Part shown: piece after piece, positions 41,601-54,391 of the stretch
How the letters are laid out: each line of letters starts with the position of its first letter
Numbering within the stretch: the stretch's first letter is position 1
Assembly: GCF_037042905.1 (NCBI RefSeq)
Contig: NC_087251.1
Coordinates: forward strand, 25,918,001 to 25,982,000
Direction: 5' to 3'
From: Lytechinus pictus
Lineage: Eukaryota
DNA: 64,000 bases
Made by a program: the position numbers and the translations under genes
The notes under the pieces: generated by a model
What the model was told of the DNA's origin: nothing
Seen by the model: the letters and a program-made list of their open reading frames with translations, nothing else
The model's database searches: none

Positions 41601-44600
41601 AGTAAAGACACATTCAAGAAATATATGGGGGACCAAGGATACTTCATCCAGAGAAAAAAGAATTCTGAACATGCAAAACTATGATGTGAGATATACCTAC
41701 AATCAATCAATGAGTATTTGTGACTGATCACAAGTTATTGTGATACAGGACCCAGAATTTTATTACTGGTTCATAGGAAAATATATAAACACTCCTCATA
41801 AAGCTCCCAAACCCTATCTAATTCAAGTGATATAGTATTGAAAAGAAAACATTTTCAATAAATTATATATTACTTGGGCCTTCTTGAATTGCTCCTTCAG
41901 CCTTCTATTGTCTCTTTCTTCATCTCGTTTACTCCTCTTTGGTGGAACATACAAAGTTCTTCCAAGATTCTTAGCTCCTTCTCTTCCAGTCAACACCTCT
42001 GCTTCCTTTGCATCACCCGCTGTAGCTCCTGAAGCCGAGTCAGACTGTTCATTGAGCAGTGTTTCTCCATCAGGAGATTCTTCTTCTATATCCTCTACAA
42101 CAAGTTTACTCCTTGCAGGCAGTTTCCTAGCCTGAAACGGCAGAGGCTTGCCATCTAGTAATATCCTCATCTCCTGTTCATCCTCCAGGACACCAACAAG
42201 GCTAAACACAGCTGGGCTCCCACTCGATGCATGCTCCAAGGACTCCTCGGCCAGCCGCTTGGTCACGTTCAGGCACTTCGCTGACTGGAAGTCGGGATGG
42301 GTGGATGAAAATGCGATAATCGGTGGTTGCCATGGGTACAAGTTATCACTAGGAAACCGCACCTCCAACTGGTACCACTTGGTGTTGTCCTCATCCATAA
42401 ACTTATCAAACTCTGTATCCTCAGTGTCCCAAGGGGCCTCGTGAACGAACTTGCATCGAGATCCAAACCTACAGCTACCTTCCTGATAGAAATGGCAAAG
42501 ATTCTGTTTTCTCCTACGATTTTCCCTCTCCTTCTCAGCTGACTTCTTCTTTTCATTCTTTTGTGCTTCCTTGAGGGATTTATCGATGTGAGAGAGCTTT
42601 AGTCTCAATGTCCAGACGTGATTAGGTATTCGCTCAGAGAAGTCTGATTCATATATTGAGCTCAAAGCAAAAGCTTCTTCCTGTCTCTGGTCTATGAGAG
42701 ACTCTTTAGTGACACTGTCATCAGCAGCATCTGGGGTGAAAGGAATATAAATCCAACCAAAAGCAAATAAATTTAAGTAAAACTTAAGTATACAGCCTAA
42801 TTTATATGTGAAGAACGGGATGAAATTATCTAACAACTGTTTTTTTTTCTTACACTGCACATTTAAATTGTTTTCTCAAATTGATAAATCAGAATTTTTT
42901 TCAACTTGAAATAAAAATCAAACTTTCCAGACATGTTCCACACACAGGATAACAACAGGGTGCGACATAAGCGCTTGCCCGATTGCCCGGGGCAAGTAAA
43001 AGTTAGAGTCGGGCAAGTGTTTTGAAGTAAAGACAAAAACTACTTGCCCGAATCGGGCAAGCAACATTCTCACTGTGAAATGAAATTTTACAAAGTTTCC
43101 CCATACTTCACATGTAAAAATAAAGGAGAGAGAGAAAAAAAAACGAAGTTAACAACTTCCCTCAATTCAAATTGCAAGCCAGTTTGCGACATTTTTTGTG
43201 ATCTACACACAAAAACACACACACAGTCAGCATACATACATGTGGCTGGTGCGCCCAGCCTCCAGCCTGTGTGACAGGCATGCATGGATCTCCGTGCTGC
43301 TGTGCATACCTGTACTATCCTCGATCAAACTCCGAATCAAAGTGAACAAGCTCACATGAAAAATAGTTTTTCCAACAAAATAATCACAAAATCGGCGGGA
43401 AATTTTTTATACTTATATGGATTCTCAGATTACTGATTTGGTGATGTGATCGGAGGAGCAAGTTATTGAGTTTTCATTACTTGTTTTAGTCGTTGTTTTG
43501 AGTGTTGTTGTGATCAGTGTAGTGGGAAAAAAGATGCGTGCAAGTCCACGATGCCACAATGATTCATTTGATTTTTAAGTTTGTCAATGTTTCTCTGTGA
43601 AATTTTATTCATTTCTAAAACGTTTATTTTTCCAACAATTTTTAAAATATATTTTAAACAAAAAAGAAATATCAGCAAGATTTTTGTTAGATGATTGCAT
43701 TTTTGTTTTGTTTCAAAATTTGAGCTTTCTTCCTCTTTCTTTCTTTCTTTTTCTTCCTTCCTTCCGTAAGTAATCCTTACTTGCTACCTTCCTTCTTTCT
43801 TTCTTTCTTTCTTTTCTATCCTTTCTTCATCCTTTCTTCTATCTTTCCCGCTTGCCTTTTTTGTTCCATCTATCTTTCTTTTTAATCTTTCCTAGCTTTC
43901 TTTCCTGATCTTTTTTTTCTCTCTCTCTGTTCATTTTTCTCTGTCCTTCATTTTCTTACATGTATGTACATGTACTTTCCTTCTTTTAAAAAAATTTCTT
44001 CATTTTTCTTTCCTCTATTTTTTCTTTGCTTCCTTCTCCCTTCCTGACTTTGTTCCTTTTTTTTTCTTTCTTTCCTTCCTTCTTCCATTATTTTTCTTTT
44101 TTTTATTCTCTCTTCACTTCATTCTTTTCATCCTTTCTTTCAATCTTTATTTTCTTCTTTCCTTCTCTTTTTCCTTATTCTTTCTCTCCTTTTTTTCTAT
44201 TTCCTTCCTGTTTTCCCCTTTCTTTCTTTCCGTCCGTCCTTCCTTCCTTCTTCCTTTTCTTTCTTTCTTTAAAAAAATGAAGAAAATCTTTTTTCCTTCA
44301 TTCTCTCTTTCATTCCTTTTTCTTACTTTCTTACCCCCTTTTTTATTTCTTTCCATTCTTTCTTTCACCCATTAATTAATTTTCCCTTCCTTTCCTGTTC
44401 TTTTCTTTCCCTTTTTCTTTATTAATTCAAAGAATGAAGGAAACCTTTTTTTCTTTCCTTTATTCTTCCTTTTTTCTCCATTCATCTCTTGTTTTTCATT
44501 TTTTTCTCTCCTTCAATCTTTCCTTCACCCATTCTTTCACCTTCCCTTTATCTTTCTTTCTTTCTTCCTTCCTTGAAAAAAAAATTACAAAGTACAATAG

Positions 44601-46220
44601 TTCACGTTTAAAGAGAGGAAAGGGGCAATGGTATATAAAATCATATTACTCTCTTTTGCAGCGGTAAATGTATTTTCGGGCAAGTATTTTCCAACTATTT
44701 AGAAATTCACTTGCCCGACCGGGCAAGTGCTTCTAAAAAGTTATGTAGCACCCTGAACAAAACAGCAAATCGTACATTGAAACTCATGCATGTATCATTA
44801 AGAATATTGAAAGGATAAGAAATACTAAAGATTTATTCATTTCCACAATCTCACAAGTGAATTTCTTCAGACTCACCTTGTTCTGACAATATCGAGTGAT
44901 TTTTCAAAAAATCTTTGTAGAGTTGTTCCAATGCTAAACCTGCATCTGCATCATTATCCTCTAATGCTTGCAGACTGTCTTTCTTAGGGTATCCACACCT
45001 AAACACCAACAACAAATAAAAGATATCAAATGTTGCCAAGTAAAGACATGCTTGATTTTTTTTTACTTGCATCTACATGTATTAAGAAGCAAAGACCAGA
45101 ATTAACCAAATCAAATACAAGTATACAGAAGCTAAAAGGAACAAACAGCATGAACTCTGACCTCTGATTGGTACACAGAAGATAAAGTTAAATGTAGTGG
45201 TATTAGAAGAGTCGTGTTGCTATGATAAACTAACCTGATAAGTTTCTCCACAGCATATTTACTGATCTTTTGGGTATCATCTTTGTTTTCTCTATCATCC
45301 TCTTCCTCATGCCAGACACCGAGAGGGGTAAAGCTTGAACCAGATGCCTCTACCTTCAGGGAGTTGTCATCAGTCCAGAAGTGACGATTGGTATCATAAT
45401 CAAGCTCTTCGTAGTCTTCTAGTCTGCAAAGCATGAGATTAAGGGACAGTGATTATTTCAAGTACAGGATATTCTACTGACTGTGTGTAAACAGGGTACT
45501 TAGATCATGGATATTGCATCCTTGATTTTCATACATTCTACAGAGTGTTCTCCATCGAGAAACATTGTAGTTGCTAACAATGCCAGGCTGTCACCGAGTA
45601 TAACTAATCTTACATACCCTGTGATATCATTAAAATGTATTACCCTCCTCCCTCTTCCTTCCCCTTTCTTCCTCGTCCTCTCCCCCTCTCAATAGGATTT
45701 GTCAACAAAATAAACATAGACGGAAAGAAAAATAAGAAAAAGAATGGGAATAAAAAATATTGGAGCGTTGCTAGAAACTTCCAATTTATTGGATGTTTAT
45801 GTTTTTTGTCTTAGTTCTATTGTTATTATCCTCAAATTTGCAGAACAATAAATTGGCACATCTCAAATATCTCACTTATCACCTAGACAAAAATTTAATA
45901 AGATCCCCCATCCCCCTAAAAAACAACAACAACAAGTTTTCTGTGTGCACAAACTACACATCATGAATATGCATCACCTCATTTGCATATCTCATTATGT
46001 ATGCAAACTTCAATTTTTTACATGATATGGACACTTTAGAAACACATCCCATTACAGAACTGATCTCACTATCTTCAAAAGTTATCTAAAATGGACATAA
46101 AGATGATTTTGTTTTTTTATTCATATAAATCAAGCAAAAAATAGTGATTTATATTTCACTAACCACCACACAAAAATATGGTGAAATTTCATAGATGTGA
46201 GGCATCCCTTCATGTACCAT

Positions 46221-46251
<31 letters not shown>

Positions 46252-47621
46252 GCCTAGGTAGCCCTAGGTTCCACAGCTTATTAGTCTGTGAGGAATTTCT
46301 TTAAGGGGACAGGTTGCCCTTGGTGTGGCCTACCATACTTCGGTGGGATGCCCATGATTGGTGATCTTCCCTCGTCCCCAAAATATAATCAAAAGTCAGG
46401 ATAGGTTGTAAACTCTTAAGGTTTCCATAGTGTAAAAGAAGGGTGTAATAGACAATCATATGCCCACAAAATAATACATGGTGTACTGTGCCCCACTACA
46501 CTCCAATGAGTGTAGTGGGGGCACAGCATAGCTCTAATCGGGACCAGGTATCACGCACACCTAGCCTGTAATCCTACCCCATGTCTAGGTCCAGGTCTGC
46601 TCCATGTAGTTCCCTCAAGATATCCTTGACTAGTTCCTGGTTTTCATCACTCATATGGAGGGACTGCATCTTGACCTTGGAGGGTTGATAGTTGCCTCTC
46701 CTGCGACTAGGAGCATTGGATTGATAAGATTGGTAGGCCTTTGGTTGGTGAGTTTGAGGTGCCTGGTAGCTGTGACAAAAGAAAAACACAATGGAAGTAA
46801 TGTGTAAATTGTAATGAATCACTTCAATTTCATTTATTTAATTTGAAATTGACTGAATTATTTTAAGTTGAAATTGCAGATCTGCATAAGAAATAATCAA
46901 ACATACACAAAAAAGTAACTTCACTTATTCTATCCAAAATTCTATCCAATCTCATTTTTGTATTCTATCCAATCTCATTTTTGTATATAATTGTTTTAAT
47001 ATTGAATGTTTAACGTCCAATCAAAGTTGTTTCACAAAATTTCAAACAATCAATATGAATCTTCATATTATTCTAATAAACCTCCAAAATTAGATGAAAT
47101 TCATTTAAAATATAAGATAGATCACTCAATCAAATAGCAATTGTCAATCAAGTTTATACATGTATTGCAAAACAACTATTGGATAATATTTTCCAACACT
47201 ACCTGGATGTCTTCTGCTTGTCCTGTTTGGGCATGAGTACAAAGTCATCATCATCATAGTCATAGGACATGGATACACTCTTGCACTTCCTGGCTCCTGT
47301 GTCTGCCACCGGTCCATAGGGCTTTAGGTTTGACCCTGGCTGCTGGCCTCCACCACCTCTAGCTCCTCCTCCTCTTCCACCACGGCCACTACCTCTTCCT
47401 CCTCGTCCTCTCCCTTCTCCACCTCTACCTCCTCCTCCTCTACCTCTTCCTCCTCCTCTCCCTCCTCCTCCTCTCCCTTCTCCTCCTCTCCCTTCTCCTC
47501 CTCTCCCTTCTCCTCCTCTCCCTTCTCCTCCGCCTCTTCCTCCCCTTCCTCCACGGTTGGCCCTGCCTCCTCCCCTGTTCGGCTTGCCACCCCTTCTCAC
47601 TGCTCCTGATGGTTGGCTCAT
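23594..47621 (-). CDS. DHX57: Putative ATP-dependent RNA helicase DHX57 (DExH box); 25 coding exons, about 1454 aa
   Basis: Exons, all GT-AG with consistent phases, total 4365 nt: 47621-47203, 46769-46578, 45423-45235, 44998-44877, 42730-41874, 41585-41464, 40683-40488, 39916-39792, 38778-38645, 38074-38020, 37424-37210, 36677-36571, 36130-36024, 35531-35358, 34798-34635, 34405-34329, 33993-33898, 31503-31363, 30888-30793, 28201-28118, 27667-27530, 25249-25073, 24807-24718, 24156-24013, 23737-23594. Features: N-terminal RGG tract, UBA-like segment, CCCH finger ([19 protein letters not shown]), RWD-like region, [44 protein letters not shown], and C-terminus [22 protein letters not shown] typical of DHX57. 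Confidence 0.95.
25391..27042. mobile_element. Non-autonomous DNA transposon with 6-bp TSD (hAT-like) in a DHX57 intron
   Basis: TIR CATACCTGCCAACC / GGTTGGCAGGTATG, TSD TCCCTA on both sides, subterminal AATCGGAAT repeats, CpG-rich interior. Confidence 0.88.
29582..30735. mobile_element. Helentron-associated (HINE/DINE-1-like) non-autonomous element with internal 163-bp tandem repeats
   Basis: AACAAG start, subterminal inverted repeat GTCTCGCCTGCAT / ATGCAGGCGAAAC, about 5-6 units of about 163 bp (GACCTTTGACCTTGGTCATGTGACCTGAAACTC), (GCC)n microsatellite, terminal stem-loop, A-rich end, no TSD. Confidence 0.75.
32718..33300 (+). repeat. Two diverged direct repeats of about 140 bp flanking an L2/CR1-type LINE 3' fragment (about 32915-33045)
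   Basis: Repeat core CAACATTTGGTGCAGGTCAAA..CATCCATGAAAATCTGATCAGCTC occurs twice. The intervening DNA translates [21 protein letters not shown]..(frameshift)FKSSLKTF, typical of an L2 ORF2 C-terminus. Confidence 0.65.
39942..40086. mobile_element. PIF/Harbinger-like MITE (145 bp)
   Basis: TIR GGTCCGTTGCAGAAAGAGTTGC / GCAACTCTTTCTGCAACGGACC with 3-bp TSD CTG. Confidence 0.8.
41100..41383 (-). mobile_element. tRNA-derived SINE with the same head and core as 20622
   Basis: Reverse complement begins GGGGGCATCGTGGTCTAGTG..GGTTCAAATCCCAGCCATGG..CTCGACCCAGATGAGGTAAATGGGTACC. Confidence 0.8.
42956..44755. mobile_element. Non-autonomous DNA transposon with 5-bp TSD (hAT5-like) and an internal CT-rich tract (about 43720-44575)
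   Basis: TIR CAGGGTGCGACATAA / TTATGTAGCACCCTG, TSD AACAA, subterminal CTTGCCCG..CGGGCAAG motifs at both ends. Confidence 0.88.
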
Positions 47622-48066
47622 GGTGTAACCGTGTTAGGCTTACTGAAGTCAAAGCACTGTAGAGAGTTTAGGGTGCATGATCATCTAGTATATCCTTGAC
47701 AAGGCGAATCTATGTAATATAAAGATATATTAATAATTAATCAGAATTCAGAAAAAAAATACATTCCCTTATGAATTTAACCAGTGGTGTAATGTGCAAA
47801 AAATCTTGAGGGGGCCAGATATGGTGTATCGGGAAAAATTATTGAAAACTTACAAGTGAATGAAGTGAGCGAGCGAAGATATCTAACATTTTAATTACAA
47901 AAATCCAATTTTGTAACAGATGTTGACATAATATTTTAAGAATAATATCATATTTCACCCTTCTCTCTTTCCTGTTCCTTTTTCTTGGTCGAGAAAAAAT
48001 TGAGGAGGGGGCAAGCACCCCCCCCCCCATCTGCACATCACTCATTTTAACTTTAAAAACTTATAA

Positions 48067-49036
48067 AACAAGTGGAATGCCTCTGGCGGTCTCACCTGAC
48101 CTGCATCACTCGATTCAATATATTAGCAGTGCTGACTTTCAAAACTACTATAAAATAATTATTCACAAAAAACACCATTCATATAATGATACAATACTAC
48201 GTTCATTGACATTTGACCTTGATCATGTGACCTAAAACTTGTCAGTGATACTTGATTACCCCTATATCCACATTTTATACACTATATCTATAAACTCTGA
48301 AAGTTATGACAGCAATCTAATGATTACCTCTAAAATGGCCAAAGTTCAATGAACTTAAATGACCTTTGACATTGGTCATGTGACCTGAAACTTTGATGGG
48401 ATCTTGATTTCTCTTATGTCCAAGTTTCATGAATCAAATCCATAAACTTTCAAAGTTATTATGGTAATTCATCAGATACCCCCCATATTGCCAAAGTTCA
48501 TTGACATTTGACGTTGGTCATGTGACCTGAAATTCGCAAAGGATGTTCAGTGATACTTGATTACTCTTATGTCCAAGTTTTATGAACTAGACCAATAAAC
48601 TTTCAAAGTTATGATGGTAATTAAACAAATACCCCCAACTTGGCCAAAGTTCATTGACCTTACATGACCTTTGACCTTGATCATGTGACCTGAAACTCAC
48701 ACAGGATGTTCAGTGATACTTGATTACTCTTATGTCTAAGTTTCATGAATCAGATCCATAAACTTTTAAAGTTATGATGGTAATTCAACAGATACCCCCA
48801 ATTTGGCCAAAGTTCATTGACCCTAAATGACCTTTGTCATGTGACTTGAAACTCAGGCAGGATGTTTAGTAATACTTGATTAACCTTATGGCCAAGTTTC
48901 ATGAACTAGGTCCATATACTTTCTAAGTTATGCTGTCATTTCAAAAACTTAACCTTCGGTTAAGATTTGGTGTTGACGCCGCCGCCGTCGGAAAAGCGGC
49001 GCATATAGTCTTACTCTGCTATGCAGGTGAGACAAT
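48067..49036. mobile_element. Second HINE/DINE-1-like element, same family as 29582
   Basis: Start AACAAGTGGAATGCCTCTGG, internal units of about 150-165 bp, end GACGCCGCCGCCGTCGGAAAAGCGGCGC..GCTATGCAGGTGAGAC. Confidence 0.75.
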
Positions 49037-50312
49037 AACTTTTTTTGATCTGTTGATGGATTTAACTTAAACCTTCACCAATATTTTTCATTACTTTTTC
49101 TTTGATTTTATAGTTTTACAATAAACTTTTTATCAGGGTTAACCATGAACTTCCCTTTTAAAGGAAACCAAAACCCAAGAAGAGAAGCAATCTTATTGGA
49201 AATAGTAAAATGAGTTCATCAAAATCGGTTATGAAATCAGCTAGTTATGGAATTTTGAAAAATCTACTTGTAGGATGGGGGGTCGGGTGTCCGGACACTT
49301 TATATTTTTGAAGCCTTTTTTTGTCTTTGGATTACATGAAAAAAAAAAGAATTCAATAGTTGTAATCATCTTCTATTTTGTTCTCTAATTTCCTAACATT
49401 TTGTACTAAAAAATGATGAAACTTTGCTTGTAAATTTTTCCAAATGACTTTCTAAAATTGATCGTCCGAACACACAACCTGTCCGGACACACAACTGGCA
49501 GACTGGGTATACTTTCTATGCCTATATGGATATGGGGATTCTCAAATTGGCAAACATGCTTCAAAATGGCTGATTTTGTGGACATTTCTACGTAAAGAAT
49601 GGAAATTTTAATCAATTTTCGTAATCGTGAACAGGATAGCTATATAACTAAACCATGTATAATTTGATGCGAGCGCGATGCGAGCGCGAAGCGCGAGCGG
49701 AAAAAAAATCGAGATTTAGACCTAAAAACGGGACACTCTATTCACGTTTTGTAAATCATGAAAAGAATGAGTAATAGGGGATCTTCGTACATTAATAATG
49801 CGAGCACAAAGCGCGAGCAGAAAATTTTTGATATTGTGATTTTAAACTGGAAAATGATTTAAATTAAGAGAACAAGTTGAGTATCTGAATAAACATACGC
49901 GCGTGTTTCATATTTAGACCTAAAATCTAGGCATTCTAAATAATCTTTTATCATGAAAATCAAAGTGAGCGCGAGCTTAAACTATTTGATATTCCGATCT
50001 GAAAAGAGTTTTTTATAGGACTGGGACATCCTTAGGACATGTCATCTTATGAAAATATTGACTGTCTTCCTATTCCTCTTGCTAAGCGCGAGATGAAACA
50101 ATTAAAAGGGACAATTTGATTATTTAATTGATATCTTATTCATTAATGCCTAATGAGGGCACGAAATCTGATGATATTATGGCCTGAAAACTGGACATTC
50201 CAAGCACTTTTGTAATTATAAATAGGATGCAAGTTAATATATTTAAATCATTAAAGCGAGCGCAAATTGTGAGCCTATTTTTTTATACACTGTCATGAAA
50301 AGGGGATTTTAA

Positions 50313-50903
50313 AGGTCAAGTCCACCCCAGGAAAATGCTGACTTGAACAAATAGAGAAAAATCAAACTAGCATAATGCTGAAAATTTCATCAAAATCGGA
50401 TGTAAAATAAGAAAGTTATGACATTTTAAAGTTTCGCTTATTTTTCACAAAACAGTGATATGCACGACTAGGTGAGTCAGTCAATGATGTCCATCACTCA
50501 CTATTTCTTTTGTTTTTTATTGTTGAAATTATACAATATTTCATTTTTTATAGATTTAACAATAAGGACCAACTTGACTGAACCATATAGTATAAAACAA
50601 TGCTAATTCTACATGTTCAGGGAGTAATTAATCGTTGTATCACTTGACAATGAGGAGAAAATTAGAATATATCATATTTCATACAATAAAATACAAAAGA
50701 AATAGTGAGTGGATGACGTCATAGTCTCCTCATTTGCATACCAGCCAGGATGTGCATATAACTGTTTTGTGAAATTAAGCAAAACTTTAAAATGTCAGAA
50801 CTTTCTTTTTTTACATCCGATTTTGATGAAATTTTCAGTGTTATGCTTGTTGGATTTTTCTCTTTTTATATAAATCAACTTTTTGTTGGGGTGGACTTGT
50901 CCT
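50313..50903. mobile_element. Kolobok-like MITE with long imperfect TIRs, inserted into an older GCGAGCGCGAAGCGCGAGC-rich element
   Basis: TTAA|AGGTCAAGTCCACCCCA ... TGGGGTGGACTTGTCCT|TTAA. TTAA TSD with RR..YY termini, and more than 150 bp of internal inverted similarity. Confidence 0.85.
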
Positions 50904-51053
50904 TTAAGTAGTTTGTTGTATAATCAATATTGAGACAACACAACCTGACAACTCGCCAATCAAAATGCAAGCGTGCAGCGCGAGCTGATACGTTTTTACA
51001 ATGAGACCTGAAGAGCGATATTTTGAAAATTTTAGGGAATACACGAAAATAAA

Positions 51054-51699
51054 AGGTATGATGGGGTGTCCAAACTTCGCGCACTTTTCAAAAATATTCA
51101 TCAGGCTTAAATTTTTTTCACAAAATATTCATAATTTATACAAAACCAATTAAAAAAATAGTTACCACATTGACGGCAAGATCGTAAACTATAAAATCAT
51201 GGACGAAAACGTAAAGTAGGTCAAGGGGATTCGCCAGTATCGCGATCTCAAAATTCTATTCCGATCGGCGAATGCGCGCTGTGCTGGATAACCGTTCAGA
51301 AAAAGTGTGACCTAACTTCGCGGACCAAAGTTTTTGCGGACATTTAAACAAAAACTCAAGCTAAAAAAGTGAAATATTTATATCAGATTGATGGCAAAAT
51401 GCTATAGAATCGGTTAGTACCACATTTTAACTCACATTTTTGATGATTTCTGCTTGCAAAATGGTGATATCGTGATGCTTGTTGAGAATATCAGATTTCT
51501 TCAAAACGGGCGCTAAACGTGACAAATTTGACGATCTTTTCATGAATACTGAACTCATCCTAAAGAAAATTACACCAAAGGGTAATTTTAGGTCGCTTTT
51601 CACGTTGATGTCAGATTTTAAGGATATTGGCTAGTTTTTTAGATAATGACCGTCCGCGAAGTATGGACACGCGCGAAGTTTGGACTCACTGCCATACCT
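51054..51699. mobile_element. Probable MITE, unclassified
   Basis: Imperfect inverted ends AGGTATGATGGGGTGTCCAAACTTCGCGC / GCGCGAAGTTTGGACTCACTGCCATACCT. No TSD seen. Confidence 0.5.
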
Positions 51700-54391
51700 G
51701 CAAGATAAATCAAAATTTGCGAGCGCGCAGCGCGAGCAGAAACTTTAATATTCAGACCATAAAACTGACATTTTTACCACTCCTAGTACCAATGAGGTCC
51801 AACATTACATGTATGGACCTCATAGGCGACATCAGTAGTATTTTTGGTTAGAAATCTCTGAGAACAGGATATTTAAACATTATATCACAAGTACAAGCTA
51901 TAATTCCTTTCTCTTATTTAAATTATAATTTTATAGTGTAAATGCATCGTTAGCAACAACAAAAAATGAAAGAAATGAAGGGGAACTTACATTTTCACCG
52001 GTATTTTATAGATGGCAAATATAGCGATCTTCAACGCTTATATATAAGCGTCGAAATTTGTAGCCATCTCCTTGTATTAGTCTATATTATACGACGTGTC
52101 AAATTGTAGCGAACTAGTTCGCTATTTCCAGATCTCCTCTATATATATATACACGACGGGAAATTGTAGCGAACTAGTTCGCTATTTTCCAGATCTCCTG
52201 TATATACATACGATGGGAAATTGTAGCGAACTAGTTCGCTATTTTCCAGATCTCCTCTTAACGACGGGAAATTGTAGCGAACTAGTTCGCTATTTTCCAG
52301 ATCTCCTCTATATACAGCCATCTCCTTGTATTAGTCTATATTATACGACGTGTCAAATTGTAGCGAACTAGTTCGCTATTTCCAGATCTCCTCTATATAT
52401 ATATACACGACGGGAAATTGTAGCGAACTAGTTCGCTATTTTCCAGATCTCCTGTATATACATACGATGGGAAATTGTAGCGAACTAGTTCGCTATTTTC
52501 CAGATCTCCTCTTAACGACGGGAAATTGTAGCGAACTAGTTCGCTATTTTCCAGATCTCCTCTATATACATACGATGGGAAATTGTAGCGAACTATAGTT
52601 CGCTATTTTCCAATTCTCCTCTATGTATACGATGGGAAATTGTAGCGAACTAGTTCGCTATTTTCCAGATCTCCTCTATATATATATACACGACGGGAAA
52701 TTGTAGCGAACTAGTTCGCTATTTTCCAGATCTCCTGTATATACATACGATGGGAAATTGTAGCGAACTAGTTCGCTATTTTCCAGATCTCCTCTATATA
52801 TATATACACGACGGGAAATTGTAGCGAACTAGTTCGCTATTTTCCAGATCTCCTATCGCTATTTTCCAATTCTCCTCTATGTATACGATGGGAAATTGTA
52901 GCGAACTAGTTCGCTATTTTCCAGATCTCCTCTATATATATATACACGACGGGAAATTGTAGCGAACTAGTTCGCTATTTTCCAGATCTCCTGTATATAC
53001 ATACGATGGGAAATTGTAGCGAACTAGTTCGCTATTTTCCAGATCTCCTCTTAACGACGGGAAATTGTAGCGAACTAGTTCGCTATTTTCCAGATCTCCT
53101 CTATATACATACGATGGGAAATTGTAGCGAACTAGTTCGCTATTTTCCAGATCTCCTCTATATATATACGACGGGAAATTGTAGCGAACTAGTTCGCTAT
53201 TTTTCGGATATCCTCGATATATACGACGGGAAATTGTAGCGAACTAGTTCGCTATTTTCCAGATCTCCTCTATATATATACGACGGGAAATTGTAGCGAA
53301 CTAGTTCGCTATTTTTCGGATATCCTCGATATATACGACGGGAATTTGTAGCGAACTAGTTCGCTATTTTCCAGATCTCCTCTATATACATACGACGGGA
53401 AATTGTAGCGAACTAGTTCGCTATTTTTCGGATCTCCTCGATATATACACGATGGGGAATTGTAGCGAACTAGTTCGCTACAATTCCAATCGTATTGTTA
53501 GAGGAGATCTGGAAAATAGCAAACTAGTTCGCTACAATTCCCCCTCGTCTATATATCGGGGGGATCCGAAAAAATAGCGAACTAGTTCGCTACAATTCCC
53601 ATCGTATATATAGGCCCTAGAGGAGATCTGGAAAATAGCGAACTAGTTCGCTACAATTCCAATCGTATATATCGAGGAGATCCGAAAAATAGCGAACTAG
53701 TTCGCTACAATTCCCACTGGTGTATATATCGAGGAGATCTGGAAATAGCGAACTAGTTCGCTACAATTTCCCCTCGTCTATATATCGAGGAGATCCAAAA
53801 TAGCGAACTAGTTCGCTAAAATTCCAATCGTATATATCGAGGAGATCCGAAAAATAGCGAACTAGTTCGCTACAATTCCCACTGGTGTATATATCGAGGA
53901 GATCTGGATATAGCGAACTAGTTCGCTACAATTTCCCCTCAGGCGCGGATCCAGGAGGGGGCCGAGCCGGCCCCGGCCCCCCCTATTTTTTGACAACCTG
54001 CAGAAAAAGTGTACTCTTTAACTTGATAGAAACTATGAAAAACAGAAAGAAAAGTAAGAAAGAGGTATCATACCCATGATGTGTAATTTACAACCTCGTA
54101 ACGGCCGGCCAACCCCGAAAGGAAACAATAAAAGGGTGAAGGGGAGAATTAGAAAATAAACTTTATATAAAAAATTTCGCTCGCGCTTCGCGCTCGCATT
54201 GATTGTGTAATGAATCCCATTCAAGAGGATTAAATGGCACTTATACATCCAGATCTGAAATCAATTTTGCACACAATATTTTAGCTCGCACATCAAGCTT
54301 TATTATTTTGTCTGTTTTACACAAATTGTTTATATCAAAGTTTTCAGCTCGCGCTGCGCGCTGGCATTGTTTGATTTGTGAGTTACCTATC

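Noticed and set aside
41884..42556. Antisense and alternate-frame ORFs over the large DHX57 exon (likewise over Gemin6 exon 2 and the UGT)
   Set aside because: Shadow ORFs of real coding sequence with no independent support.
43720..44670. Phe/Ser-rich and Lys/Glu/Arg-rich ORFs
   Set aside because: Low-complexity CT-rich tract inside a MITE.
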